DNA from: a virus
Length of the DNA: 64,000 bases
Strand: one strand, 5' to 3'
Virus record (IMG/VR): IMGVR_UViG_3300045988_177018
Span: 49,928-113,927 of that record
In this document: piece after piece, positions 44,269 to 54,923 of the stretch
How the letters are laid out: each line of letters begins with the position of its first letter
Position numbering within the stretch: the first letter of the stretch is position 1
Translations under genes and position numbers: made by a program
The notes under the pieces: model-generated
Database searches by the model: none
Told to the model about the DNA's origin: nothing
What the model saw: only the letters and a program-made list of their open reading frames with translations

Positions 44269-45483
44269 ATGACCCATCAGGAGGCGGTCTTATTGGAAAA
44301 ACGGACGATTTCCCTGATAATCGGCTCCGGAGGGCTACTTACGACCATTAAAAAAGCCCTCACAAGAGTCGGAAACATGCGCTGGCAGGTGCCCGCCGCA
44401 GACAACATCCAAGCTCAGGCCGACTATCTGGTCAGACACCCGGTGCCATCCGGGTTCAAAGGAATCATCTTCACCGACAGAGCAGGAAACTGGCTTCCGA
44501 TAGCGAACGCCGGTTATATCGTCTACTGGTGCGACACGGGGCAGATACCCGTGGGAGCCATGGGCATGAGCGAGCAGATGCTACGGATGAGTGTGGCTGA
44601 TTTCGCTCACGCGTATTGGGGAATCCAACTTGCCGACAAGCGTCTTGTGGTCGATATTCTCCAAAACAAAGTGAAGGAGACTGCGGTTCTCCTGCCCATC
44701 ACATCCAATACCGGAGGCGTCGGGAAAACCACCTCCAGCAGACAGCTGGCTGACCGTGCGTCACAGGCCGGACTGCGTGTCCTGCTCATCGACGGCAACA
44801 TTCGACAGTCCAGCCAACGTAGCTTCTTCGACCCGAAACAGGACAAGCCGTTGCATACGATAGCGGACTGGCGACCGGGCATGCAGGCGCAGGTCGGAGC
44901 CAATCGCGGACGCAATCTCGGAGTCCCATACGACATCTGCTTCGCACCTCCGGCAGGTATCGGAGTGGACTGGCAGATATACCGTCAGTACATTCAGGCG
45001 GCTAGGCGGTTATGGGATTTCGTGGTGCTCGACCTCGACCGAATCAGTGCGGACGACTTGGACGACAGGGAGAACATAGCCAACGGTCTGCTTCTCCCGT
45101 ATATTCAGTCTGGCGACCCTTGTCTGGTCATCGTCAAGGCCGGAAGACAGACGCAGATTGACGCGTTGAATCTGCTGACTGCGATGGCGGAGCATCATCT
45201 TCCGAAGGAACTCATCGGAATCAAAGACACGGTTCCGGTCGGACTGCAAGACTATCGGCGACTCGACTACACGCGGTACGGAACGTTCCTCGGAACCGAA
45301 TACCAGACGGTGGAGGCGAGCAACCATATCGCCAACGGTGATGTCCGATGGGATGACCCCGGGCTTGCCTTCGCACGGGAGAACATTCTCAACTGGGCGT
45401 TGCCCGACCGTGGCTTCAATCCTGACAGGTTCAATCCGAACGCGAACGACGATGACAGAAGGAAAGGTCGTGGACGCAGATGA
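44269..45483 (+). CDS. ParA/MinD-like P-loop ATPase domain protein (VirC1-like candidate)
   Basis: Deviant Walker A TSNTGGVGKTTSS in the middle of a 404-aa protein. First gene after the T-depleted tract. Confidence 0.5.
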   Translation: MTHQEAVLLEKRTISLIIGSGGLLTTIKKALTRVGNMRWQVPAADNIQAQADYLVRHPVPSGFKGIIFTDRAGNWLPIANAGYIVYWCDTGQIPVGAMGMSEQMLRMSVADFAHAYWGIQLADKRLVVDILQNKVKETAVLLPITSNTGGVGKTTSSRQLADRASQAGLRVLLIDGNIRQSSQRSFFDPKQDKPLHTIADWRPGMQAQVGANRGRNLGVPYDICFAPPAGIGVDWQIYRQYIQAARRLWDFVVLDLDRISADDLDDRENIANGLLLPYIQSGDPCLVIVKAGRQTQIDALNLLTAMAEHHLPKELIGIKDTVPVGLQDYRRLDYTRYGTFLGTEYQTVEASNHIANGDVRWDDPGLAFARENILNWALPDRGFNPDRFNPNANDDDRRKGRGRR

Positions 45484-46676
45484 CTTTCGATGACCGGTAC
45501 CTGTTTGACCCGAACGACGAGAATCTTTGGAAGACTGGAAGCATTGCCGACTGGTATAAAGGCAACGACATGTACGAAATGGAGCATCCCGGACTGTTCG
45601 CGCAAACGCACCCGTGGTTCGTAGCCAATAAACTGTTCGCGGAGACGATGGTCAAAGCGAACAGTGAACTCGTGTCAAGCATCCTTGGCGCTTTGTTCAC
45701 ATGGAAGACCTGCACGGTTGACCAGTTGCGTGCGGGACTTTCCATCAAAGGCGCTCCCGCTTTCGAACGTGAAGAGCCGAACCTGTATGGGGCGATGAAC
45801 CGTTTGGGAATCATCAACGTCGGTTTCAGTCAAGCGGAACGCCTTTACGGCAAAACCGTGAACCATGTTTGGCTGTCCCCATCGAACAGTCCACGACTCA
45901 TCAACCGTGCGATGAAAACGTATGGCATGGAGAAGTGGATGCGTGAGACGATGGCAGCTTCCTATTATGCGGGGAACCGTTTCCATGTACGCCATAACAC
46001 CTATGCGGCGCACGTGGGATTGATGCTGGCCCGCGACTCCCGCGTCAGGTTTTCCTCCGGCGACGGTTGGGGAAAATTCCGTAGCGTTGACCCACAGGCG
46101 GTTGCCGAGTCGAAAGTCGGCAAGGCGTGCGCGACCGACGTGGTCACATTGTGCCGCAACAACGTGCTTGCTGGTATCGAAATCCAAACGTCGAACAGCG
46201 AATTGGACAGGAAGATGCAGAACTGGGCGAAGATGCTCGCCTACTCTCCGATGAAACGTCGCGGTCTCATCTGCGTATGGTTGCAGATACCCAAAGCGAA
46301 CGAAGGGTATGAATCGTTCAACGCGGTGGTGCAGCGTACTCAGGGCATGACGGAAATGGTCGTAGGTAATCCGACCGTTTCGCAAAGAATGGGAGTCGCG
46401 GTCTGGGATGAATGGTTCGAGCATGGTGTTCCGACCGGCAGTTTCGGAGACTACACGGACATGAGTGGAATTCGCCGCAACATTTTCTCCGACGAGTGGA
46501 CGCAATACACTCCGCAGGTTCGTGACGTTCGCAAAGTCAGCGAATGGGGTTGGGATGTGACGCGTGACATCATAAAAAAGGATTGGGGTTGGGATGTTTC
46601 CGGTTGGACGATGCCGGAAGCATACCGTGGCGGCTTCTACGGTTTCATCGGAAAGGATTGTGATGGCCTCCACTGA
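45480..46676 (+). CDS. Hypothetical protein (candidate relaxase-like / DNA-processing protein)
   Basis: 398 aa. His cluster FHVRHNTYAAH. Sits between the ParA-like gene and the T4CP gene. Confidence 0.3.
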   Translation: MTFDDRYLFDPNDENLWKTGSIADWYKGNDMYEMEHPGLFAQTHPWFVANKLFAETMVKANSELVSSILGALFTWKTCTVDQLRAGLSIKGAPAFEREEPNLYGAMNRLGIINVGFSQAERLYGKTVNHVWLSPSNSPRLINRAMKTYGMEKWMRETMAASYYAGNRFHVRHNTYAAHVGLMLARDSRVRFSSGDGWGKFRSVDPQAVAESKVGKACATDVVTLCRNNVLAGIEIQTSNSELDRKMQNWAKMLAYSPMKRRGLICVWLQIPKANEGYESFNAVVQRTQGMTEMVVGNPTVSQRMGVAVWDEWFEHGVPTGSFGDYTDMSGIRRNIFSDEWTQYTPQVRDVRKVSEWGWDVTRDIIKKDWGWDVSGWTMPEAYRGGFYGFIGKDCDGLH

Positions 46677-47124
46677 AGAATCATTTCAACAGACACAAGA
46701 AGCGTTGGATACTGCGAGACTGGAACGGGCGCGAGCATTGCAACAGGTTCAGACATTATGCGAGACGGGACGCAGGCATTTGGTCATTCCGTTTCTGATG
46801 GCGAACATGCAACGTGTTCCCTCGTTACGGAAAATACGACTCTGGCAATTGGATTCGATAATGTTCAACACTTCCAGACGGGTTGCGAACAAAACCATCC
46901 GTATCATGCGTGAGACCATCAACGATGGTTCGAGCGTGAACGACGGGTACGTGACTTTGGGCTGGGCGTTGGAGTCGAAGGAGAAAACCGTCCGTATGAC
47001 GACGTGGCTTCTTCAATTGTCATTGCGCGAGAAGCTTTCCACTTTCCAAAAGCCGGAAGGCTTCCCATATGCGCCGTTATATCAGCAAAGCACAGACGAC
47101 CAACAGAAAGAAGGTAGCGCATGA
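46666..47124 (+). CDS. Hypothetical protein
   Basis: ORF from MASTEES, coupled to the T4CP gene. Confidence 0.4.
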   Translation, partial: ASTEESFQQTQEALDTARLERARALQQVQTLCETGRRHLVIPFLMANMQRVPSLRKIRLWQLDSIMFNTSRRVANKTIRIMRETINDGSSVNDGYVTLGWALESKEKTVRMTTWLLQLSLREKLSTFQKPEGFPYAPLYQQSTDDQQKEGSA

Positions 47125-49781
47125 GTGGCCAGAACTGGTATCAGATAACCAGAACATTGCAACAGCTTGACGCGGACGAGCAACGTTCGAAGGTGGAGAG
47201 CATTCCCGCTGAACTGGACGGTTGCACACTGCTCCTCATCAAGAAAGGCGAGGAGCCGGTCAAGGAATACATTTACGGCGACGGCGAGGGAATCATCAAC
47301 GCCGGACAGTTGGCTGGATTCGACGCGAAACTGGTCGAAGACGATGATGGGCCGGTGTTGCCGGACGGTGTGGACAGTGCGGCGCATCCTCTCGTCCCGT
47401 TCCGTGCCCGGTTGAATTCGAAAAGCAACATGGAGAAAATGCGGACGAACTATTCCGGCATTCGCACAAGCATCGAGAAGGTCATGCCGCCGGACAGTTA
47501 CGTGAGCGTCACCCTCCGCAATCAGGGATACTTCGAACAGATACGCGTCCGCAATTGGATTAGCGACGAATACAATACCGTAGAGGATTCAAGCGAACTC
47601 GCTTCGACCAACACGATGTGCGCCCGAGTGAGTTTCGGCTGTAGACAGGCTTCCCGCGACCGGCAGCTTGCGCAGAAGATTGGCCAAATCATCTGTCCGC
47701 TCATATCCAACATGTCAAGTCATACGAGCCGTCCGAAGTTCGGGCTGCTGTTCGTCGGCATGTTGCTGGAAGCGTTGTCTTTGATTTGGAGCGTGTGCGG
47801 TCTTGCAAGAGGATACGTGATGGATGGCGTGTTCCCGCTGTTTCATTCCGCTTGGGGTTTCGGCGTGGCTCTTCCACTGCTTGCTGTGACATTGGTAGCG
47901 TTCCTGCTCCTAATGCTGCTGTCATGCATTCCGTTCGTCTATCTTCCGCGACCTCAGATTGCGGGAGTGTCCGTCGCCTTCGCCTTTTACCTGCTGTTGG
48001 GGCTGCTTCCTCTCCCCACGTTCGTTCCGGTTCTTCTCATCCCTCTTCTCGTATTCGCGTTCATCCGTTGGAGGAACTGGACGTTGTGGGATGATATTTT
48101 CCAGACTCCGCGCAGATATTATGCGATTGCGAACGACCGTGGCGCGAACGATTCCGACAACCATACGCGTCTTGGCGTCAGAACGAAGGAGTCGCGCGTA
48201 TCCGCTTACGGTGCGCAGAGAACCACGTTGATTCTTCCTCCGATTATCGTAAGCTCCGTGTTCACCCCGGTCACTCAGGGAGTGGCGATGAAACAGGAAT
48301 TGCATCCCGTTCCGGAAGTGTTGGCGCATGACGGTATCTTCCTTGGGAAGGACGATACCGGACGTGACTGCTATCTCGACCCGTCGCAACTGTTCGGCGG
48401 TATCGCAATCAACGGCGAGGCCGGTTCCGGTAAGACAGTGCTCACGCATGGCATCAGCCAGTGGGCCATCAGCGCACGCGAGACCACCAGTCCGAAAATC
48501 TGGGGGCGCGACTCCCGTATCATCCACTTCTGGATGAAGGATGATACGGGAGTGAACGTGTTGGAACGTTACCGCAGACACCACGGTTTCACCAGTCCGC
48601 AACGCGTCGTCTATTTGGCCGACCCGAACAGTGTGTGCTTGGACATGCTCGGCATGAAGGACGGAAACAATGCCATGGAGACTGCGGCGAGCGTTGCCAA
48701 GACCATGCGCTACTCGTTCGACGACGGCGACATTCTCAATGATTCGCAGAACATCATCACCCAAGCGTTGACCATCGGCGTGGCGGTTGACCGTTACGTG
48801 CAGGAGGAACGCAAACGCAATCCCGACTCCAACGACGCGGGTTGGGAGAGTGAGATTGTGAAACGCTGCCATCAGCTCGAACAATCGTATCCGGGTGCGG
48901 AACAGTTGCGGATGCAGTTGAGTCCAATCGGATGGGCGGTCGTCGCATTGTGTGGCTCCGACGGTCAGGCGGGTTCCGCCAAAGCGTTGGGGCATGTGTG
49001 CCGCGCGTTGACCATGGAGTTGAAAAGCGGCTACATGTTCGACGAGATGACGTATGCTGCCCGTGCCGCCGAACAATTGTATGGCCGTCCGGATGCTGCC
49101 GGACATACGGTTCGTTCCGACCGTGACATTCTCGCCAAGACTAACGCCTCGTTGAACAAGGTCAACCAGTTCCTTCCCATCGAACACATGTTCACGGCAC
49201 GTCGCGGCAAGGTGACGTGGACGAACATTCTCGACCATGCCGGAGACTACCACATCGTTCTCGCGCCGCATGAAGGTTATTCGCTGCCGGAACGTATGGA
49301 TAAGATTCTCGGCGGATGGCTCATGTACCGTTTCTGGAACACGGTGTTCTCGCATTGCAAGGATTGGGACAAGGCTGGAAAGTGGACGATGCTCGTATGC
49401 GACGAGCTAAGTCTGCTGGCGAACGGCAATGATGGCATCATGCCCGCCTTGCGCGAGCAAGGTCGCTCGTTCGGATTGCTTCTCGTGTTCGCCACGCAGT
49501 ATCCGACGCAGTTGTCCTATGCGATGTTGGATTCGTTCATCGGCTATTCGACGTTCATCACATACAATACGACGATTCCCCGTATAGCCGACATGACGGC
49601 GAAACGTCTGACGAACAATGATGGCGAGGATGGCTGGCGTTCCGGCGCGGTCATGAACCTTCCGCGTTATGCTGCGGCTGTGCGAACGCGCACTCAGGAG
49701 CAGTTGCAGCCGACGTTCCTTGTCCATGTGAACGATTTCGATGACGGCTATCGTGATGGCGACGTGGAGGAGGACGACTAG
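47121..49781 (+). CDS. Type IV coupling protein (VirD4/TcpA/FtsK-like ATPase)
   Basis: 886 aa. TM block at about aa 200-320. Walker A GEAGSGKTVL. Walker B LVCDELSLL. Confidence 0.7.
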   Translation: MSGQNWYQITRTLQQLDADEQRSKVESIPAELDGCTLLLIKKGEEPVKEYIYGDGEGIINAGQLAGFDAKLVEDDDGPVLPDGVDSAAHPLVPFRARLNSKSNMEKMRTNYSGIRTSIEKVMPPDSYVSVTLRNQGYFEQIRVRNWISDEYNTVEDSSELASTNTMCARVSFGCRQASRDRQLAQKIGQIICPLISNMSSHTSRPKFGLLFVGMLLEALSLIWSVCGLARGYVMDGVFPLFHSAWGFGVALPLLAVTLVAFLLLMLLSCIPFVYLPRPQIAGVSVAFAFYLLLGLLPLPTFVPVLLIPLLVFAFIRWRNWTLWDDIFQTPRRYYAIANDRGANDSDNHTRLGVRTKESRVSAYGAQRTTLILPPIIVSSVFTPVTQGVAMKQELHPVPEVLAHDGIFLGKDDTGRDCYLDPSQLFGGIAINGEAGSGKTVLTHGISQWAISARETTSPKIWGRDSRIIHFWMKDDTGVNVLERYRRHHGFTSPQRVVYLADPNSVCLDMLGMKDGNNAMETAASVAKTMRYSFDDGDILNDSQNIITQALTIGVAVDRYVQEERKRNPDSNDAGWESEIVKRCHQLEQSYPGAEQLRMQLSPIGWAVVALCGSDGQAGSAKALGHVCRALTMELKSGYMFDEMTYAARAAEQLYGRPDAAGHTVRSDRDILAKTNASLNKVNQFLPIEHMFTARRGKVTWTNILDHAGDYHIVLAPHEGYSLPERMDKILGGWLMYRFWNTVFSHCKDWDKAGKWTMLVCDELSLLANGNDGIMPALREQGRSFGLLLVFATQYPTQLSYAMLDSFIGYSTFITYNTTIPRIADMTAKRLTNNDGEDGWRSGAVMNLPRYAAAVRTRTQEQLQPTFLVHVNDFDDGYRDGDVEEDD

Positions 49782-49949
49782 CTGTCAGATTCCGGCTTGA
49801 CAAGTTGAAGTGAATCCGTTCGGAACATCCAGTTTCCGGACGGATTTTTTTAGCTTAAAAACCCCGCTATAGATGGAAACAGCCGTGTAGGTTGATAGGA
49901 TGAAGAACGCAGGAGAGTTCCGTTTGGAAAAACGAAAGGGAACTCAAAA

Positions 49950-50294
49950 ATGGGTGGAACCGTCACCTTGGCTGGAAGCAGTATGGAGAACACCTATCAT
50001 AGGATGTTCGACACTATTTTGAGCAGTAGCGCGGGAACCGTGCTGACCAATATTGGTCTTGCTGCGGCAGTGATTCTCGCCCTCGGTCTTATCGGCGGTG
50101 GTATCTGCAAGGCGTTGGGACGTCAGAACAAACTCGTGCAGATGTTCTGCCCGACCATCGGTCGTGTTCTCGTCATTCTCGCAGTCGGCTTCATTCTTGC
50201 AGGCCCGACCGTCACCATTCCGGCAATCCTGAAATTGCTCGACTGGTTCGTTGACGCGTTCGGCGGCAGTGGAAAGTCTTATCTGGGAATCTGA
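49950..50294 (+). CDS. Small membrane protein (pilin/VirB2-like candidate)
   Basis: 114 aa with two long hydrophobic helices. Confidence 0.4.
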   Translation: MGGTVTLAGSSMENTYHRMFDTILSSSAGTVLTNIGLAAAVILALGLIGGGICKALGRQNKLVQMFCPTIGRVLVILAVGFILAGPTVTIPAILKLLDWFVDAFGGSGKSYLGI

Positions 50295-50399
50295 CGTCCG
50301 CAGAAGTAATGCCGGAGTGGATACATGAAAAGAACCTTTCCTATTCTGTCCCCACTCCGGTTTTCTTTTACAAGCTTTGCATACGAAAAGGGTTGAATC

Positions 50400-50822
50400 A
50401 TGAGCGACGAGGAAGACGAAGGATATAAAGGCCCATTGCATCCAAGATTGACGATGGACGACATCACCGAAGTGTCCGGCCCGGAGGAAATCGAACGGAA
50501 GAACACGTTCCAGATAACCAAGAACACCGAAGCGCGTTCCAAAACCGTGTTCTCCGTCATCGTCGGAGCATTGGTGGGCTTGGCGCTCTGCCTCATGTTC
50601 GCTCCGCTGCTTGGATACATGTTCAGCTCGTTCTTCGTACTGTTGGGCGGCGCGTTGGCCCCGTTCTTCGCAGTTGGAACCATTCGAGACCGCACCCAGC
50701 AGACACGGTGGAAAAGGGCCTTGCAGGACATGAAGAGCCGCAAGATTGAAGGACAGGTCTTCTATCCGAATTCCACCCAGCCGGAAAACATCATCGACCT
50801 TCAGGAAATGGAAATCCGTTGA
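50400..50822 (+). CDS. Small membrane protein (TcpE/VirB3-like candidate)
   Basis: 140 aa with two TM helices. Confidence 0.4.
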   Translation: MSDEEDEGYKGPLHPRLTMDDITEVSGPEEIERKNTFQITKNTEARSKTVFSVIVGALVGLALCLMFAPLLGYMFSSFFVLLGGALAPFFAVGTIRDRTQQTRWKRALQDMKSRKIEGQVFYPNSTQPENIIDLQEMEIR

Positions 50823-53800
50823 ATACAAAATATCGAGACCCAGTGAGACGGGCTGGCGGAAGGAACCTGCTCGTCATTCTGATGTTGTGCATGGTCATGA
50901 CATTGTTCGTATTACCTGACAGCGTGTTCGCCGCGCCGTCCGACGGTTCGATAACGACGGCGACATGCGCCAACGGTGGGACGGGTGGTGCGACGTCGGA
51001 CATCGCAAGCTGTCTTCCTTCCGGACGTTGGGGAAACTATGTAGGCGAAATCATTTCGCGTACCGAACCGTACAGTGGCAGTGACGTCGCGGGCTGGTTC
51101 TCCAATGTCAAGCAGACCATCAATTCGCAGATGCATGTCGTTCTTCCCAACGTTCTGATGCAGTTGACTCAGGTCTGCTGGTCATCCGCATTGTCCATCA
51201 GCCAGTTCGCCGCTTCGTTCGAACCGATGAAACAGGCTGGCGCGAACATTGACTCCGCAGTGGCCACTCTGGTAACGAGTCTGATGAACGGAGGGATTCC
51301 CGCCACCATCGCAGTGCTGGGCATCGTCGCTTGGGTTGGCGCGGCCGGATTCCAAATCGGCACCGTCAAAGAGGCAAGCAAACGAATCATCATCATGGTT
51401 CTCTGCTTCGCTTCAATCACGATACTTGGCACGGGAGCCGCGAAAACGGGGAGAAACGCCACGGAACCTGCGACCGGAAGCCCATGGTGGGTCGTGCAGA
51501 CCATCAACAACACCATCAACAAACTGTCGGTCAATCTTGACCTTGACGGCATGGCCGACGGCGATAAGAATATGATGTCCTATTACCATAGCGGCGATGG
51601 AGCAAAAACCAACTGTCAGGACTACCTGTACTACATGCATCAGGCGTATGACGAACAGGCCGCATCCTATGGCAATCAGGATACGAGCAACATCACCAAG
51701 GCCATCAACCGTATTTGGGAGGAGACGTCTCTTCGCTCGTGGGTGACCATGCAGTATGGAAACCCGCAGGCCACCGGAACATCCTCGTTCCGAATCGCGG
51801 AGAACGCGCGGCAGGGATACTGCCACGTGTTGGAAATGAAAGCCAATACGAACACCACCATCCAAAAGGATTTGACCAACAAGGCCATGTCGTTGCATAT
51901 CAGCGACCAGAGGGCTAAATGGCTGTTCTCTGTAGACGGTTGGGTTGACCCTCGTCACCCTTACTTCACCGACAAGCCGTTGGAAAGGGAGAATGCGACG
52001 TATCTCAGCCGTGCGGGAGTGTTCTGGGAGACATGCGGAACGAAACGCAATCAGGAAATCTACGCACGTTCCGGCTGGGCCACGCTCATCAACAATCTTG
52101 GCGATGCGGGAACCAAGGACATAAAGAACGGCAGCACGAAGGTACGTGTCAAGATTAACGACTTGGACAATGTGAAACCGACTAACGGTGGCACGGGGTT
52201 GATGGACGCCAAACAGAGCGGAACCGAAGCCGAGACCATTCAACAGACCACATCGGTCTGCCAGACGATTCTCAAACAGGATTCCGCAATCTTCGCCCGT
52301 AGCTCCGACATCGACAAGAATGATGACGGCGGTTACAAAGACCAGCAGAACAACACCAATTGGGGTGATTCCGCAACGGTCGGCTGGCGTTTCGACGTGC
52401 CGAACGTTTCCGGAACTTGGAGCGAAGCCAATCTTCGTGACGCTCAGGATGATTCCACCGTCACAGGCGGCGCGAAGAAAACCCTCGACTACATGTACGG
52501 GAACAACAACGTTGACACGTTGGGGGCTTGCGGAAGTCTCCTTGGCGGCATCGTCAATCTTGTGGTCTGGGGATTGTTGAGCCTTGTCCTCATCCTGACG
52601 AAGCTCATGCTGATAATGATGGCTTTGTTCCTCGTGGTCACGTTCCTCATCCAAGCGTTCCCTATAGGCGAGAAGCCGAAGAAGGCGTTGAAGAATTGGA
52701 CCGCATACACATGCCAGTTGAGTATGGTCGGCGCATTGTATGGAGCGTTGGGCGCTCTCGCCACGTTCATCTGCGGTCTGACGTTGAAGTTCACGTCCGC
52801 CAGTAGCGGCTCGTTCACCTACCAGCTGATTGCGGGGGTGAGCCCGCTGCTGGCCTTCGCGTCCATAAGCATGTTCTGCTCAAAGGTGCTGAAGTGGGGT
52901 AATCCGTTCAGCATCAACGCCCTCATGGGCATGGCCGGAGGAACCGCCATGGCTTCCGGCATCCGCACCGGCATGCGCATGATTGGACAGCACCGTATGA
53001 TGCAAGCCATGCGTGGCGGCTTCCGTCGCGGAGGCGATGGTGCCGGACGCTTGTCCACGAACGGTACCGGCGCTGGCATGGCGCATAGCGGAGCACGTCA
53101 GAGCGCGACCGTCCTGAGCAAGATGAGCCGCGCACAGCAGGAGGCGTTGTCCAACGGCGACAGGAACCTGCTGAACCGTAGTCAGAGCGAATTCGAAGCG
53201 CTCCAATCCCACGGACGCAAGAGCAGGACGTGGGCAAGAATGGACGCCAACACGGTGAGGGGAAGTCTCGCCGGTGCTCGACTCCACATGGAAGAGTCCC
53301 ACGACAAGTTCCGGCAACGGTTGAACACCGCCGCCTCCAAGTTCAAGGGAGCGGACAACACTGAAGCGTTCGCGCATCGTATCGCGCAACGTCATCCGGG
53401 CATGTCTCTCGACAAGGTTCAGCGTAGGGCGGAGATGATGAATCATCTGAACAATGCTGGACGTGCGCTTCAAGGTGCGGCCAGAGTCGCAGGGGCGGGT
53501 GCCGCAATGGGCGGAGCCGGTCTCGCGTTCGCCGTACGCGCAGCGAAGAGCGCTCCTTTGCGTAATGTCGCCGCACGCGGTGCGAAGGTAGCGGCTAAGG
53601 CCGCCGTCACCGGAGCTTTGTTCTCCAATCCGATTACCGCACCGTTGGGATTGGTCGCAGCCGGAAAGCTGGCCGCCGACCGTAACCTGCATCATGGTCT
53701 AGCGGTGGGTGCGGGAGCCGCGATGGACAAAATCCGCGACATCAGGAACGCCGCTCCCGGCAGTGTGAGGGAACGCGACCAGTGGCGTCGCAACGTGTTG

Positions 53801-54820
53801 GGCATGGCTAATGGTGACGCTCCGTTGTCGTCTCCGTTCTCCGGCACCGGTGACGGTGGTTCCGCCAATGGTGACAGTCCTATGCCTTCTCCGACAGCTC
53901 CGACTCCGAACACCCCGACCCAAACCGGTGGTGTCGGTGGCGCGTCGCCGATTCCGACTGACGCTCAGACCGAGACGATTCCGATTGACGGACAGACGGA
54001 AACGATTCCGGTGGGCACTCCAACTGAATCGGTTCCGGCCGACACTCAAGGACAACAGTCTCCGGTGTTGACCGAACAGTCCGCGTTCAATCAGGTTCGT
54101 GAGGGAATGATGGCAGATTTCACGAATAACCAGCACATGTCCCAAGAAGAAGCGGAACAAGCGTTCCAAGAGGCCGTCTCCTCCGGCGAGGTCGATAATT
54201 CCGTCCAAGCGTACATGCGCCAGAACAATCAAGCCTCTAACGAGAACGTGACCGCCCAACCTGAAGCGGACGCCAACCAGCCGGTGTACAACACCGAGAC
54301 GGGCGAGGTTGTAGGCGAGACTCTGCCGTCCGGAACAATGGACGCCGCCGTGGCCGCCGCCTCCACTTGGCAGAACGCGACCGGAAACACGACTCCGATT
54401 CCTGAATCGGTGAACAATGCGCTGCAACAGGCGTACATGCGCGAGAATCCGGTGCAGCAGTCTCCGGAGGAGCATTTGCGGATGGCGCAGGAGGAGTGGA
54501 CTAGGACGACTGGTCTTCCGGGCGATATGATGCCTGCGAGTGCGGAACGTGCCATGAATCCGAATGGAATTCAGCCGAGTAGAGAATTCACGGTTGATTC
54601 CGGTCAGACGCAACAGCAGTCTCAACCGCAGCCACAAGCTCAGGTAAGACAACAACCGTCGGTTCGAATGCAACCGCCAGCCACACCGTCTCCGACCGTC
54701 AAACCGCCGGTGGACGCCAACCCGTCAAACCTGACAGGTTTCCCCGTCGTAGGCAATCTTCGTATGAAGAAACCGCCGACCGGAGGACAGCCGACATCCA
54801 AGCCGCCGTTCATGAAGTGA
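50819..54820 (+). CDS. Large polytopic conjugation membrane protein (VirB6/TcpH-like) with disordered Pro/Thr/Gln-rich C-terminal extension
   Basis: 1333 aa. Multiple TM segments in the first about 650 aa. Low-complexity C-terminal third. Confidence 0.55.
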   Translation: MNTKYRDPVRRAGGRNLLVILMLCMVMTLFVLPDSVFAAPSDGSITTATCANGGTGGATSDIASCLPSGRWGNYVGEIISRTEPYSGSDVAGWFSNVKQTINSQMHVVLPNVLMQLTQVCWSSALSISQFAASFEPMKQAGANIDSAVATLVTSLMNGGIPATIAVLGIVAWVGAAGFQIGTVKEASKRIIIMVLCFASITILGTGAAKTGRNATEPATGSPWWVVQTINNTINKLSVNLDLDGMADGDKNMMSYYHSGDGAKTNCQDYLYYMHQAYDEQAASYGNQDTSNITKAINRIWEETSLRSWVTMQYGNPQATGTSSFRIAENARQGYCHVLEMKANTNTTIQKDLTNKAMSLHISDQRAKWLFSVDGWVDPRHPYFTDKPLERENATYLSRAGVFWETCGTKRNQEIYARSGWATLINNLGDAGTKDIKNGSTKVRVKINDLDNVKPTNGGTGLMDAKQSGTEAETIQQTTSVCQTILKQDSAIFARSSDIDKNDDGGYKDQQNNTNWGDSATVGWRFDVPNVSGTWSEANLRDAQDDSTVTGGAKKTLDYMYGNNNVDTLGACGSLLGGIVNLVVWGLLSLVLILTKLMLIMMALFLVVTFLIQAFPIGEKPKKALKNWTAYTCQLSMVGALYGALGALATFICGLTLKFTSASSGSFTYQLIAGVSPLLAFASISMFCSKVLKWGNPFSINALMGMAGGTAMASGIRTGMRMIGQHRMMQAMRGGFRRGGDGAGRLSTNGTGAGMAHSGARQSATVLSKMSRAQQEALSNGDRNLLNRSQSEFEALQSHGRKSRTWARMDANTVRGSLAGARLHMEESHDKFRQRLNTAASKFKGADNTEAFAHRIAQRHPGMSLDKVQRRAEMMNHLNNAGRALQGAARVAGAGAAMGGAGLAFAVRAAKSAPLRNVAARGAKVAAKAAVTGALFSNPITAPLGLVAAGKLAADRNLHHGLAVGAGAAMDKIRDIRNAAPGSVRERDQWRRNVLGMANGDAPLSSPFSGTGDGGSANGDSPMPSPTAPTPNTPTQTGGVGGASPIPTDAQTETIPIDGQTETIPVGTPTESVPADTQGQQSPVLTEQSAFNQVREGMMADFTNNQHMSQEEAEQAFQEAVSSGEVDNSVQAYMRQNNQASNENVTAQPEADANQPVYNTETGEVVGETLPSGTMDAAVAAASTWQNATGNTTPIPESVNNALQQAYMRENPVQQSPEEHLRMAQEEWTRTTGLPGDMMPASAERAMNPNGIQPSREFTVDSGQTQQQSQPQPQAQVRQQPSVRMQPPATPSPTVKPPVDANPSNLTGFPVVGNLRMKKPPTGGQPTSKPPFMK

Positions 54821-54923
54821 CGTCGGTTTGACCATCCGGCGTCGAATGTTTTGAAAATCTTCAGCAGCATTCGACGCCGGTTTCCCTTTCGCAAAACCTT
54901 CCGACCGTCAAGGAGATTAGAAA

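Noticed and set aside
47922-49355. 477-aa minus ORF antisense to the T4CP gene. Likewise 51413..52654 and 53699..54673, antisense to the VirB6-like gene
   Set aside because: Shadow ORFs of well-supported plus-strand genes. Arg/His-rich.
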